Source: Anaeromyxobacter sp. (GTDB lineage Bacteria > Myxococcota > Myxococcia > Myxococcales > Anaeromyxobacteraceae). Taken from it: a DNA stretch of 64,000 bases. The translations under genes and the position numbers were made by a program. Under the pieces are notes generated by a model, which was given only the letters and a program-made list of their open reading frames with translations, ran no database searches and was not told where the DNA came from. Shown piece by piece: positions 11,142 through 21,968 of the stretch. Location: the NCBI GenBank assembly GCA_049840735.1, contig JASGJN010000023.1:128001-192000 (forward strand), read 5' to 3'. Within the stretch, counting starts at the first letter, position 1. The number at the start of each line of letters is the position of its first letter.

Positions 11142-12485
11142 TCACGGGAGGAGCGCCTCCACGCTCTCACGGAACGCGGCCGTGTGTCGATCCACGTCGC
11201 CGGCGGTGGTCGCCGGCCCCATCAGGGCCATGTTGTGGAACGGGGTCATCAGGACGCCGCGGTTGAGCGCGGCGAGGTGCAGGTAACGCTCCAGCTCCGG
11301 GTCGGCCGCGGCCGCGGCCTCGCCGCCGTTGCGGGGCGGCACCTCGCGGAACCAGTACTCGGCGCGCGCCCCCAGCCGCTTCACGGTCCAGGGCAGGCCG
11401 TGGGCGGCGATGACCTCCTCCACCCCGGCCGCGAACCGCTCCGCCAGCGGGATCATCCGCGCGTAGGCCTCGGCGGTCAGCACCTGCTCCAGCGTGGCGC
11501 GCATGGCGGCCAGCTGGAGGGCGTTGCCGGCCAGCGTGCCGCCGATGCCGCCGGTGTCGGCCAGGTCGGCGGAGGAGCGGCGCCGCCAGCGCTCCGCCAC
11601 CTCGGCGGAGAAGCCGTACGCGGCCGCCGGCAGGCCGCTGGCCACCGGCTTGCCCACCGTGACCAGGTCCGGCGTGAGCCCCCAGGCGGCGGTGCAGCCG
11701 CCCGGCCCGGCGGAGAGGGTGTGCGTCTCGTCCAGCACCAGGAGCGTCCCGGCGCGCCGGGTCAGCTCGCGCAGGCGCGCGTGGAAGCCGGGCTCCGGCA
11801 GCACGATGCCGACGTTGGTGAGGGCCGGCTCGGTCAGCACGCAGGCCACGTCGCCGTGGGCCAGCTCGCGCTCCAGGCCGGCCACGTCGTTGAACTCCAC
11901 CACCCGCGTGGTGAGGGCCGGATCCACCGGCGGCCCGATGGCGCCCGGGCGCGGGACCACCCGGCCGCCGTCCAGCACGGCGAAGGTCTCGTCCACGGTG
12001 CCGTGGTAGCACCAGGAGAAGACCAGGATCCTCGGCCGGCCGGTGACGTGCCGGGCGATGCGGAGGGCGAACCGGTTGGCGTCGGTGGCGGTGGTGGCGA
12101 TCTGCCAGGCGGGGAGCCCGAAGCGGCGGGCCAGCTCGGCCGAGACCGCCAGGGCGTCCTCGGTCGGCAGCATGAAGGTGAGCCCGCGCGCGAGCTGCGA
12201 CTGGATCGCGGCCACGGCCGCGGGCGGCGCGTGGCCGGTCATGGCGCCGGTGTCGCCCAGGCACAGATCGACGTACTCCCGCCCGTCCACGTCGGTGAAG
12301 CGGGCGCCGGACGCCCGCTCCACGAAGAGGGGGAAGGCGCCGGCCCAGCGCACCATCCAGCTCATGGGCACGCCGTCGTGCAGGTGCGCGCGGGCCTGCT
12401 CGGAGAGCGCCCGCGAGCGCGGGTGCTCCTCCCGGAAGCGGGCAAGCTCGCGCTCCAGCGCGGCGGCGAGGCGGTGGCGAAGCAT
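11142..12485 (-). CDS. Uncharacterised class-III PLP aminotransferase (GSA-aminomutase-like fold)
   Basis: DVDGREYVD, YHG, LDETHT, TVGKPVASGLP (PLP Lys), GGTLAGN. Confidence 0.8.
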   Translation of the reverse strand: MLRHRLAAALERELARFREEHPRSRALSEQARAHLHDGVPMSWMVRWAGAFPLFVERASGARFTDVDGREYVDLCLGDTGAMTGHAPPAAVAAIQSQLARGLTFMLPTEDALAVSAELARRFGLPAWQIATTATDANRFALRIARHVTGRPRILVFSWCYHGTVDETFAVLDGGRVVPRPGAIGPPVDPALTTRVVEFNDVAGLERELAHGDVACVLTEPALTNVGIVLPEPGFHARLRELTRRAGTLLVLDETHTLSAGPGGCTAAWGLTPDLVTVGKPVASGLPAAAYGFSAEVAERWRRRSSADLADTGGIGGTLAGNALQLAAMRATLEQVLTAEAYARMIPLAERFAAGVEEVIAAHGLPWTVKRLGARAEYWFREVPPRNGGEAAAAADPELERYLHLAALNRGVLMTPFHNMALMGPATTAGDVDRHTAAFRESVEALLP

Positions 12486-12495
12486 GGCGACCCTC

Positions 12496-13584
12496 TCAGC
12501 GCGACTTCACCTGCGTCCAGACCTCGTCGTAGAGCTGGTTCTGGTCCCCCAGGTCGTTCACGAACTCGAGCTTCGACATCATCTCGGGGGGCGGGTAGAT
12601 GGCCGGGTTCTTCGCGTCGTCGGCGTTCACCAGCGCGCGGGCGGCCTTGTTGGGCGTGGCGTACTGGTTGAAGTCGGAGAGCTGGGCGCCGATCTCGGGG
12701 GAGAGGATGAAGTCGATGAACTTCTCGGCCACGTCGCGGTGGGGCGCCTTGGCCGGGATGGCCAGGTTGTCCACCCAGATCACGCCGCCCTCCTTGGGCA
12801 CGAAGTAGTAGGTCTCCGGGTCGTCCTTGGCCCCCTTGACCGCGTCGCCGTTGTAGACCACGGCCGCGGTGATGGCCTTGGCCAGCACCTTGTTCTTGCC
12901 GCCCACGCCGCCCTCGAACCCCTGCGAACGCTTCTTGGCCTCGGCCAGCGCGGCGGCCATCTTCTGCAGCTGCGCCTTGTCGGTGCTGTTGACGCTGTAG
13001 CCCATGAACTTGAGCGTGGAGCCCATCATCTCGCGCGAGGAGTCCATGAGCAGGAACGGCCCCGGCCCCTTCTTCGCGTCGAAGAGCAGGCCCCAGGTCT
13101 CGTCGATCTGCTTGCCGGCCGGCTTGCGCAGGAAGATGCCGACGGTGCCCCACTGGTAGGCGGCGGAGTACCTGTTGCCCGGGTCGTAGGACGGGTTCAC
13201 GAACTTCTCGTCCAGGTTCCTCAGGTTGGGGATGTTGGCGTGGCGCAGCTCGGCCAGCAGCCCCAGCTTGGCCATGGCCGGCACCACGTAGTTGCCGGGC
13301 ACGACCACGTCGTAGAGCGAGGTGCCGCCGCCCTGCAGCTTGGCGATCATCGACTCGTTGTCCTCGTAGAGGTCGATGGTCACCTTGCAGTCGTACTTCT
13401 GCTCGAACTTCTTCACGATCTCCGGGTCGATGTACTCCGACCAGATGAAGAGGTTGAGCCTGCACGGCTCCGCCTGCGCGGCGGCGGGCTGGGCCGGCGC
13501 GGCGGCGGCGGGCGGCTCCGACGGCCTGGAGCAGGCGGCGAGGGCGAGCAGGGCCGCGGCTGCGGCCGGGAGGGCGGTGCGCAT
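12496..13584 (-). CDS. potD: Spermidine/putrescine-binding lipoprotein
   Basis: Lipobox LAAC; WSEYID, YEDNESMIAKL, YQWGTVG, PKEGGVIWVDN. Confidence 0.85.
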   Translation of the reverse strand: MRTALPAAAAALLALAACSRPSEPPAAAAPAQPAAAQAEPCRLNLFIWSEYIDPEIVKKFEQKYDCKVTIDLYEDNESMIAKLQGGGTSLYDVVVPGNYVVPAMAKLGLLAELRHANIPNLRNLDEKFVNPSYDPGNRYSAAYQWGTVGIFLRKPAGKQIDETWGLLFDAKKGPGPFLLMDSSREMMGSTLKFMGYSVNSTDKAQLQKMAAALAEAKKRSQGFEGGVGGKNKVLAKAITAAVVYNGDAVKGAKDDPETYYFVPKEGGVIWVDNLAIPAKAPHRDVAEKFIDFILSPEIGAQLSDFNQYATPNKAARALVNADDAKNPAIYPPPEMMSKLEFVNDLGDQNQLYDEVWTQVKSR

Positions 13585-14387
13585 CAGGCTTCTCCTCTGC
13601 GGTTGCGGGGGCGCTGCAGGAACACGGCCGCCAGCGTGCCCAGGATCGAGGCGAGCACGATGAGGGTCGAGAGGGCGTTGATGTCCGGGGTGATGCCGCG
13701 CTTCACCGACGAGTAGATGAGGATGGGCAGCGTGGTGGCCCCGGGGCCGGTGGTGAAGAAGCTCACCACGAAGTCGTCGATGGAGAGGGTGAAGGCCAGC
13801 GCGGCGCCGGCCACCACCGCTGGCAGGATGGCCGGCAGCGTGACGTGCAGGAAGGCCTGGAGCGACGAGGCCCCCAGGTCGTGCGCCGCCTCCTCGATGG
13901 CCGGGTCCATGCCCACCAGGCGCGAGCGGACCACGATGGCCACGAAGGGGATCTGGAAGGTGACGTGGGCCAGGATCATGGTGGCCATGCCCAGCTCCAG
14001 CAGGCCGGTCCACTCTCGCACCAGCGCGTAGAACATCAGCATGGCCACGGCCATCACGATGTCCGGGATGACCACCGGGATGTACATGAGCCAGGAGAAG
14101 ACCTTCTTCCCCGGGAACCGGTAGCGCGAGAGGCCGTAGCCCAGCCCGGTGCCGAGCAGGGTGGAGAGCGCCGTGCTCACCACGCCCAGCGTGAGCGTGT
14201 TCCAGGCGGCCTGCAGCTTCTCCGGGCTGTCGAGCAGCGTGCCGTACCAGCGCAGCGTGAAGCCGCGCCAGGGGCCGCCGTGGCGCGCCGAGTTGAAGGA
14301 GTAGACGATCACCACCGCGATGGGCGCGTACAGGAAGACGTAGAGCAGCCCGGAGACGAGCCAGAGCGGCCAGCGCGCGCGCCTCAC
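13584..14387 (-). CDS. potC: Spermidine/putrescine ABC permease
   Basis: FLYAPI, EEAAHDLGA, SIDDFVVS, TLPILIYS. Confidence 0.88.
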   Translation of the reverse strand: MRRARWPLWLVSGLLYVFLYAPIAVVIVYSFNSARHGGPWRGFTLRWYGTLLDSPEKLQAAWNTLTLGVVSTALSTLLGTGLGYGLSRYRFPGKKVFSWLMYIPVVIPDIVMAVAMLMFYALVREWTGLLELGMATMILAHVTFQIPFVAIVVRSRLVGMDPAIEEAAHDLGASSLQAFLHVTLPAILPAVVAGAALAFTLSIDDFVVSFFTTGPGATTLPILIYSSVKRGITPDINALSTLIVLASILGTLAAVFLQRPRNRRGEA

Positions 14388-15337
14388 AGCAGCCCCTCCT
14401 CGCCCTTGGCCGCGGCCACGCGGGCCTGGAGCCAGAGCCCCAGCAGCACCACCGCCATGCCCACCAGCGCGATGGCCGAGCCGAAGGGCCAGTCGCGGCT
14501 GCCGCCGAACTGCTGCTGGATGGCGTTGCCGAGCAGGACGGTCTTGGCGCCGCCCAGCAGGTCGGGGATGACGAACTGGCCGGTGGCGGGGATGAAGACC
14601 AGGATCATCCCGGCCACCATGCCGGGCATGACCTGCGGGAGGATGGCGTGCCGGAACACCCGCGGCCCGTCGGCGCCCAGGTCGGAGGCGGCCTCGGCCA
14701 GCGACCAGTCGATCTTCTCCACCGCGGTGTAGAGCGGCAGCACCAGGAACGGCAGGTAGGCGCAGAGCATCCCCAGGTAGACGGCGAAGGTGCTGGGGTA
14801 GAGCGGCGCCCCCGCGTCCACGATCCGCAGCGCGGCGGCGGCGCGGGCCAGCAGGCTGTCCGGGCCGAGCAGCAGCTGCCAGGCGTAGGTGCGGATGAGC
14901 AGGTTGGTCCAGAACGGGATGATCACCAGCGTGAGCGCCACCTGCTTGGCCCGGGCCGGCAGGCGCGCGATGAAGAACGCCAGCGGGAACGCGGCCAGCA
15001 GGGAGGCGGCGGTGGTGCCCGCGGCCAGCCCCAGGCTGCGCAGGATGATGAACGGGTACTGCGGATCGAAGCCGAGCAGGCCGAAGCCGGCCAGCCGCCG
15101 GTAGGCCTGGAGCGTGAAGGGCAGGCGCAGCTCGCCGTACGCGCCGCGGGTCATGAAGCTCATGACCACGATGCCCAGCAGCGGCACCAGCAGGAAGACC
15201 GTGACCCAGGCGATGCCGGGGCCGCTGGTGAAGGCGGACCGCAGCACGTGGCCGAGGTCGGTGAGCTGCTCGCCGAAGCGCACCTCGCGGTGCGGGACCT
15301 TCCTCGGGAGGCGGTGGCGCGCGGCGGCGGTGGCCAT
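14384..15337 (-). CDS. potB: Spermidine/putrescine ABC permease
   Basis: IPFWTNLLIRTYAW, LAEAASDLGA, DLLGGAK, RDWPFGSA. Confidence 0.88.
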   Translation of the reverse strand: MATAAARHRLPRKVPHREVRFGEQLTDLGHVLRSAFTSGPGIAWVTVFLLVPLLGIVVMSFMTRGAYGELRLPFTLQAYRRLAGFGLLGFDPQYPFIILRSLGLAAGTTAASLLAAFPLAFFIARLPARAKQVALTLVIIPFWTNLLIRTYAWQLLLGPDSLLARAAAALRIVDAGAPLYPSTFAVYLGMLCAYLPFLVLPLYTAVEKIDWSLAEAASDLGADGPRVFRHAILPQVMPGMVAGMILVFIPATGQFVIPDLLGGAKTVLLGNAIQQQFGGSRDWPFGSAIALVGMAVVLLGLWLQARVAAAKGEEGLL

Positions 15338-16509
15338 CAGTCCTCCAGGACCACCAGCGCGCCGGCCGGCAGCTCGAGCTGGACCTTCTCGCCGGTGCGG
15401 AGGGCGCGCGGGGCGGCGCCCCCGGCGCCGGTGTTGAGCGCCAGCGCGGTGAAGGTGCTGGGGCCGGCCTTGAGCACGTACTGCGAGGACGTGCCGACGT
15501 AGATGACGTGCTCGACGGTGGCGGTGATCCGGTTCTCGCCGCGGGTGCCGTCGGTGACGATGCGCACCTTGGCCGGCCGGGCCGCCAGCGTCACCCTGCC
15601 GGTGGGCGCCGGGGCGGTGGGGTCGAGGCCGGCGCGCAGCACGCCCACCGGCGTCTCCACCAGGAACTCGCCCGGCGCGGAGGAGGTGACGGTCCCCTCG
15701 ATCAGGTTGACCGTCCCCAGGAAGCCGCCCACGAACCGGTTGCGCGGGTGCTCGTAGAGCGCGTGCGCCTCGCCCAGCTGCTCGATCCTCCCGGCGCGCA
15801 TCACCGCGATCCGGTCGCTCATGGTGAGCGCCTCCTCCTGATCGTGGGTGACGAACACGAAGGTGATGCCCAGCCGGCGCTGCAGCGCCTTGAGCTCCAC
15901 CTGCAGCTCCTTGCGCAGCTTGAGGTCCAGCGCGCCCAGCGGCTCGTCCAGCAGCAGGACCTGGGGCTCGTTGACCAGCGCGCGGGCCAGCGCCACGCGC
16001 TGCTTCTGGCCGCCGGAGAGCTGGCCCGGCTTGCGGCCGGCGAAGGAGGTGATCTGCACCAGCTCCAGCGCGCGGTCCACGCGCTGCCCCAGCTCCGGCT
16101 CGCGCACCTTCTTCATCCGCAGGCCGAAGGCGACGTTGTCGCGCACCGAGAGGTGCGGGAAGAGCGCGTAGGACTGGAAGACGGTGTTGACCGGGCGGCG
16201 GTGCGCCGGGAGGTCGAGCGCGTCCACCCCGCCGATCCGGACCGCCCCCGCGTCGGCCACGTCCAGGCCGCCGATGATCCGGAGCAGGGTGGTCTTCCCG
16301 CAGCCGGACGGCCCCAGCATGGAGAAGAACTCGCCCTTGCGGATGGTGAGGCTGACCCGGTCCAGGGCGGCGAAGTCGCCGAAGCGGCGGGAGACGGCCT
16401 CGATCTCGATGGCGGGCGAGGCGTCGCGGGGGAGGGGGGTGGGCGCGGGGCGGGCGCCGTCGGGGACCGGATCCGGGGTGGTGGCGGGCATGGCGCTCGG
16501 GGTTCCCAT
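15337..16509 (-). CDS. potA: Spermidine/putrescine ABC ATPase
   Basis: GPSGCGKTT, VNTVFQSYALF, LSGGQKQR; start overlaps the gabT stop (TGATG). Confidence 0.88.
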   Translation of the reverse strand: MGTPSAMPATTPDPVPDGARPAPTPLPRDASPAIEIEAVSRRFGDFAALDRVSLTIRKGEFFSMLGPSGCGKTTLLRIIGGLDVADAGAVRIGGVDALDLPAHRRPVNTVFQSYALFPHLSVRDNVAFGLRMKKVREPELGQRVDRALELVQITSFAGRKPGQLSGGQKQRVALARALVNEPQVLLLDEPLGALDLKLRKELQVELKALQRRLGITFVFVTHDQEEALTMSDRIAVMRAGRIEQLGEAHALYEHPRNRFVGGFLGTVNLIEGTVTSSAPGEFLVETPVGVLRAGLDPTAPAPTGRVTLAARPAKVRIVTDGTRGENRITATVEHVIYVGTSSQYVLKAGPSTFTALALNTGAGGAAPRALRTGEKVQLELPAGALVVLED

Positions 16510-17819
16510 CACGGGGTGTCGGACACCACCCGGAGCCCTTCCTCCAGGATGGCCAGGCCGCGCTCCAGCTCGGCGTCGGTGATGACCAGGGGCATCAGCG
16601 TGCGGATCACGTTGCCGTGGTGGCCGCAGGAGAGGAGCACCAGCCCGCGCTCGAAGCACCAGGCCACCAGCCGCTTCGTCGCGTCGGTGGCCGGGGTCCT
16701 GAGCGCCCGGTCGGTGACCAGCTCCAGCGCCAGCATGGGGCCGAGGCCGCGCACCTCGCCGACCATGGGGTAGCGCTGCGCCAAGGCGTCGAACCGCTCG
16801 CGCACCTTGCGCCCCAGCGCCTGCGCCTGGTCGAGCAGCCCGTCCTTCTCCAGCAGGTCCAGCACCGCCAGCGCCGCGGCCGCGGCCACCGGGTTGCCGC
16901 CGTAGGTGCCGCCCAGGCCGCCGGGGTGGACCCGGTCCATCAGCTCGGCCGTGCCGGTCACGGCGGAGAGCGGCAGCCCGCCGCCCAGGCTCTTGGCGGT
17001 GGTGACCAGGTCCGGCACCACGCCCGGCCAGTGCTGGATGGCCAGCATGGTGCCGGTGCGCCCCATGCCGCTCTGGATCTCGTCGATGATGAGCAGGATG
17101 CCGTGCTTGCGGCAGATGGCCTGCAGCCGCGCGAAGTACTCCGGCGGCGGCGTGACGAAGCCGCCCTCGCCCTGGACCGGCTCGGCGATCACCGCCGCCA
17201 CCTGCTCGGCGGCCACGCCGCCGGCGAAGACCTCCTCCAGCGCGTCGGCGCAGGCCACGTCGCAGGACGGGTAGCGCTTGCCCAGCGGGCAGCGGTAGCA
17301 GTACGGGCTGGGGGCCCGGTAGACCTCCGGCGCGTAGGGGCCGAAGCCCAGCTTGTAGGGCTTCACCTTGGCGGTGAGCGTCATGCCCAGCAGCGTCCGG
17401 CCGTGGAAGCCGTTCTCGAGCGCGATCACGGCCGGCCGCCCGGTGGCGTGGCGCGCGATCTTGACCGCGTTCTCCACCGCCTCGGCGCCGCTGTTGAGCA
17501 GGACGGTCTTCTTCGGCGCGTCGCCGGGCGGCAGCGCGTTGAGGCGCGCCGCGACGTCCACGTAGGGCGCGTACATGGCCACGTGGAAGCAGGCGTGGAG
17601 CAGCTTCTCCGCCTGCGCCTTCACCGCCTCGACCACCTTGGGGTGGGCGTGGCCGACGTTGTCCACGCCGATGCCGCCCGCGAAGTCGATCAGCTCGCGG
17701 CCGTCGAGGTCCACCATCACGGCGCCGCGAGCCTCCCGGATCACGGTCCGGTGGACGTTGCCGACGCCGCGCGGGACGTGGCGGTCGCGGAGGGCGAGGT
17801 ACTCCGCCTGCGTGGACAT
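16509..17819 (-). CDS. gabT: 4-aminobutyrate:2-oxoglutarate aminotransferase
   Basis: IDFAGGIG, NSGAEAVENAVKIAR, FHGRT, EPVQGEGGF, AKSLGGGLP, GGTYGGNP. Confidence 0.92.
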   Translation of the reverse strand: MSTQAEYLALRDRHVPRGVGNVHRTVIREARGAVMVDLDGRELIDFAGGIGVDNVGHAHPKVVEAVKAQAEKLLHACFHVAMYAPYVDVAARLNALPPGDAPKKTVLLNSGAEAVENAVKIARHATGRPAVIALENGFHGRTLLGMTLTAKVKPYKLGFGPYAPEVYRAPSPYCYRCPLGKRYPSCDVACADALEEVFAGGVAAEQVAAVIAEPVQGEGGFVTPPPEYFARLQAICRKHGILLIIDEIQSGMGRTGTMLAIQHWPGVVPDLVTTAKSLGGGLPLSAVTGTAELMDRVHPGGLGGTYGGNPVAAAAALAVLDLLEKDGLLDQAQALGRKVRERFDALAQRYPMVGEVRGLGPMLALELVTDRALRTPATDATKRLVAWCFERGLVLLSCGHHGNVIRTLMPLVITDAELERGLAILEEGLRVVSDTP

Positions 17820-17903
17820 GGTGCGTGTGGCTCCCTGGCGGCTCGACCCGGCGGGGCCGGCCGACCTGCGTTCACCCTGCGTGGATGACTTCGCGGGAAG
17901 GAG

Positions 17904-17920
17904 AGCACCCGGCGTGCCAA
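17904..17920 (-). promoter_or_regulatory. Sigma54 -24/-12 promoter for the gabT-pot-patA-patD-ydc operon
   Basis: Minus strand TTGGCACGCCGGGTGCT, exact GG-N10-GC spacing. Confidence 0.8.
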
Positions 17921-18017
17921 GCGAGGCCGCTCGGGGCCGCTCCCCCCGCGGAGCGCGCGGCGGAGCCGAAACCCGCGCCGTCCCTGGGGGTGGCCCCCGG
18001 GGCCTGCCGTGGCGGCG

Positions 18018-18050
18018 ATGCAGGATTGCCTGCCTCATGCCGATGTGCAT
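18018..18050. promoter_or_regulatory. Tandem ATGC-N6-GCAT-type enhancer sites
   Basis: ATGCAGGATTGCCT (18018-18031, one mismatch) and ATGCCGATGTGCAT (18037-18050), about 100 bp upstream of the sigma54 promoter. Confidence 0.6.
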
Positions 18051-18059
18051 AGCTGCGCC

Positions 18060-19559
<1,500 letters not shown>

Positions 19560-19563
19560 CACC

Positions 19564-19590
19564 GTTCGTGCCGGCGAAGCCGGCACGAAC
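19564..19590. repeat. Perfect REP-like hairpin gttcgtgccggc-gaa-gccggcacgaac
   Basis: 12-bp perfect stem; the core gccggcgaagccggc recurs at 2923-2937. Confidence 0.6.
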
Positions 19591-19686
19591 CGCCTCTGGT
19601 CCTGGCCCCGGCTTCGCTCGGAACGGGCCGGGGCCCGGTTCGCAGGCAGCCCCTGCCTGCGCACGGTCCGGCTTCACCTTCCGGCG

Positions 19687-19802
19687 ATGCAGGCGGGCAT
19701 GAGGTGCCCCGGGCAGGGCGCGCAGCGGCGGTCGCCGGCGCCGCTGCGCTCCGTCCGGACGCGGGCTTGGAGCGCTAGACGGCTCGTGGCACGGTTCTGG
19801 CT
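19687..19802 (+). promoter_or_regulatory. Enhancer ATGCAGGCGGGCAT (19687-19700) plus sigma54 promoter TGGCACGGTTCTGGCT (19787-19802) for gabD
   Basis: GG-N10-GC spacing; same palindrome as upstream of gabT. Confidence 0.75.
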
Positions 19803-19851
19803 CTTCCCCGACCCAGCTCCAGAGCCCGCGCCCGGCGCGAGAGGATCGACG

Positions 19852-21324
19852 ATGCCCGCCCCTGTTCCGCTGAAGGACGACTTCCTGCTCCGCCAGCGCG
19901 CCTACCTGCGCGGCGCGTGGACAGAGGCGGACGACGGCCGGACCATCCCCGTCACCAACCCGGCCAGCGGCGAGGTGATCGGCACCGTGCCGCGCATGGG
20001 CGCCGCCGAGACCCGCCGCGCCATCGAGGCGGCCGAGGACGCGCTGCCCGGCTGGCGGTCGCGCACCGCCAGGGAGCGCGCCGCCGTCCTGCGCCGCTGG
20101 TTCGAGCTGGTGATGCAGAACCAGGAGGACCTGGCCACCCTCATGACCGCCGAGCAGGGAAAGCCCATGACCGAGTCGCGCGGCGAGATCGCCTACGCGG
20201 CCTCCTACCTCGAGTGGTTCTCCGAGGAGGGGAAGCGGGTCTACGGCGACACCATCCCCGGCCACCAGGCCGACAAGCGCATCCTGGTGCTGAAGGAGCC
20301 GGTGGGCGTGGTGGCCGCCATCACCCCCTGGAACTTCCCCGCCGCCATGATCACCCGCAAGGCCGCCGCGGCCCTGGCCGCCGGCTGCACCGTGGTGGTG
20401 AAGCCCGCCACCGCCACCCCCTTCTCCGCGCTGGCGCTGGCCGAGCTGGGCGAGCGCGCCGGCCTGCCGCCGGGCGCGCTCAACGTGGTCACCGGCGACT
20501 CCGGCCCCATCGGCCGCGAGCTGACCTCCCACCCGGCCGTGCGCAAGCTCTCCTTCACCGGCTCCACCGAGGTGGGCAAGCAGCTGATGGCCCAGTGCGC
20601 CGGCACCATGAAGAAGGTCTCGATGGAGCTGGGCGGCAACGCGCCCTTCCTGGTCTTCGACGACGCCGACGTGGACGCGGCCGTGGTGGGCGCGCTGGCC
20701 TCCAAGTACCGCAACAGCGGCCAGACCTGCGTCTGCACCAACCGCTTCCTGGTGCAGGCCGGGATCCACGACGCCTTCGCGCGCAAGCTGGCCGAGGCGG
20801 TGGGCAAGCTGAAGGTGGGCGACGGGCTGCAGGCCGGGACGCAGCAGGGGCCGCTCATCGACGAGGCGGCGGTGAAGAAGGTGGAGGAGCACCTGGCCGA
20901 CGCGCTGCGGAAGGGCGGCAAGGTGCTGGCCGGCGGCGCGCGCCACGCGCTGGGCGGGACCTTCTTCCAGCCCACGGTGATCGTGGGCGCCACGCCGGAG
21001 ATGGCGCTGGCGCGGGAGGAGACCTTCGGCCCGGTGGCCCCGCTGTTCCGCTTCGAGACCGAGGCCGAGGCCATCCAGCTGGCCAACGACACCGAGTTCG
21101 GCCTGGCCGCCTACTGCTACACCCGCGACCTGGCGCGGGCCTGGCGCGTCTCCGAGGCGCTCGAGTACGGCATGGTGGGGCTCAACACCGGCCTCATCTC
21201 CACCGAGGTGGCGCCCTTCGGCGGCGTGAAGGAGTCCGGCGTCGGCCGCGAGGGGTCGAAGTACGGCATCGAGGACTACCTGGTGGTGAAGTACGTCTGC
21301 ATCGGGGGGATCGGGCCGGCCTGA
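19852..21324 (+). CDS. gabD: NAD(P)-dependent succinate-semialdehyde dehydrogenase
   Basis: ITPWNFP, SFTGSTEVG, MELGGNAP, RNSGQTC, EETFGP, GREGSKYGIEDY. Confidence 0.93.
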   Translation: MPAPVPLKDDFLLRQRAYLRGAWTEADDGRTIPVTNPASGEVIGTVPRMGAAETRRAIEAAEDALPGWRSRTARERAAVLRRWFELVMQNQEDLATLMTAEQGKPMTESRGEIAYAASYLEWFSEEGKRVYGDTIPGHQADKRILVLKEPVGVVAAITPWNFPAAMITRKAAAALAAGCTVVVKPATATPFSALALAELGERAGLPPGALNVVTGDSGPIGRELTSHPAVRKLSFTGSTEVGKQLMAQCAGTMKKVSMELGGNAPFLVFDDADVDAAVVGALASKYRNSGQTCVCTNRFLVQAGIHDAFARKLAEAVGKLKVGDGLQAGTQQGPLIDEAAVKKVEEHLADALRKGGKVLAGGARHALGGTFFQPTVIVGATPEMALAREETFGPVAPLFRFETEAEAIQLANDTEFGLAAYCYTRDLARAWRVSEALEYGMVGLNTGLISTEVAPFGGVKESGVGREGSKYGIEDYLVVKYVCIGGIGPA

Positions 21325-21476
21325 GCGGGCCGCGGGCGCAAGGCCTCGGGTGAGGCGCCGCTCCGGCGGCCCATCGGGAGCCGCCCTGCGCCTCGCCCCC
21401 GAAACTTCACCTGACCGGCGCAGCGGCGTCGCGCGTCCAGGGCACAACTCCTCCGCACCGAACGGAGGACCTCCCC

Positions 21477-21968
21477 TTGCCCCACGCGCTGGTCGCGCTC
21501 GCGCTGCTGCTGTCATCCCCGCCCGCCGGCCCCTCGGCGGACCCCGCCCGGCTCGAGCTGGCGCGGCTCCACGTCCAGACGCCCGCCGGTCCCCGCCTGT
21601 CACCCGAGGTCGAGGCGCTGCGCGGCCGGCGCGTGCGCGTGGCCGGCTACATGGCGCGCATGGAGGACCCGCCCCGCGGCGCGCTCTACCTGACGCTCGC
21701 GCCCATCGAGGCCGAGGAGGGCGGCGCCGGCACCGGCGATCTCCCGCCCGGCGCGCTGCGGGTCGAGCTCCCCGCGCTCGCCGGCGAGGAGGTGCCCTGG
21801 GTGCCGGACGTGATCGAGGCCGTCGGCACGCTCGAGGTGGGCCGCGCCGAGGACCCCGGCGGCCGCGTCTCCTTCCTCCGCGTGGTGGTCGACGCCGCGC
21901 CCTCCCAGCCTGCCGCCTCGTCCGAGGCGGATCACCCCAGCCGTCCGCAGAAGGAGAACAACCCTTGA
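21477..21968 (+). CDS. Exported hypothetical protein, DUF3299-like OB fold
   Basis: GGAGG RBS, TTG start, hydrophobic leader, LRGRRVRVAGYM; overlaps the phosphatase start. Confidence 0.55.
   Translation: MPHALVALALLLSSPPAGPSADPARLELARLHVQTPAGPRLSPEVEALRGRRVRVAGYMARMEDPPRGALYLTLAPIEAEEGGAGTGDLPPGALRVELPALAGEEVPWVPDVIEAVGTLEVGRAEDPGGRVSFLRVVVDAAPSQPAASSEADHPSRPQKENNP

Noticed and set aside
11142..12485. hemL assignment
   Set aside because: Lacks typical HemL signatures (SWGP, NSGTEA, DEVMTGFR) and sits among polyamine genes.
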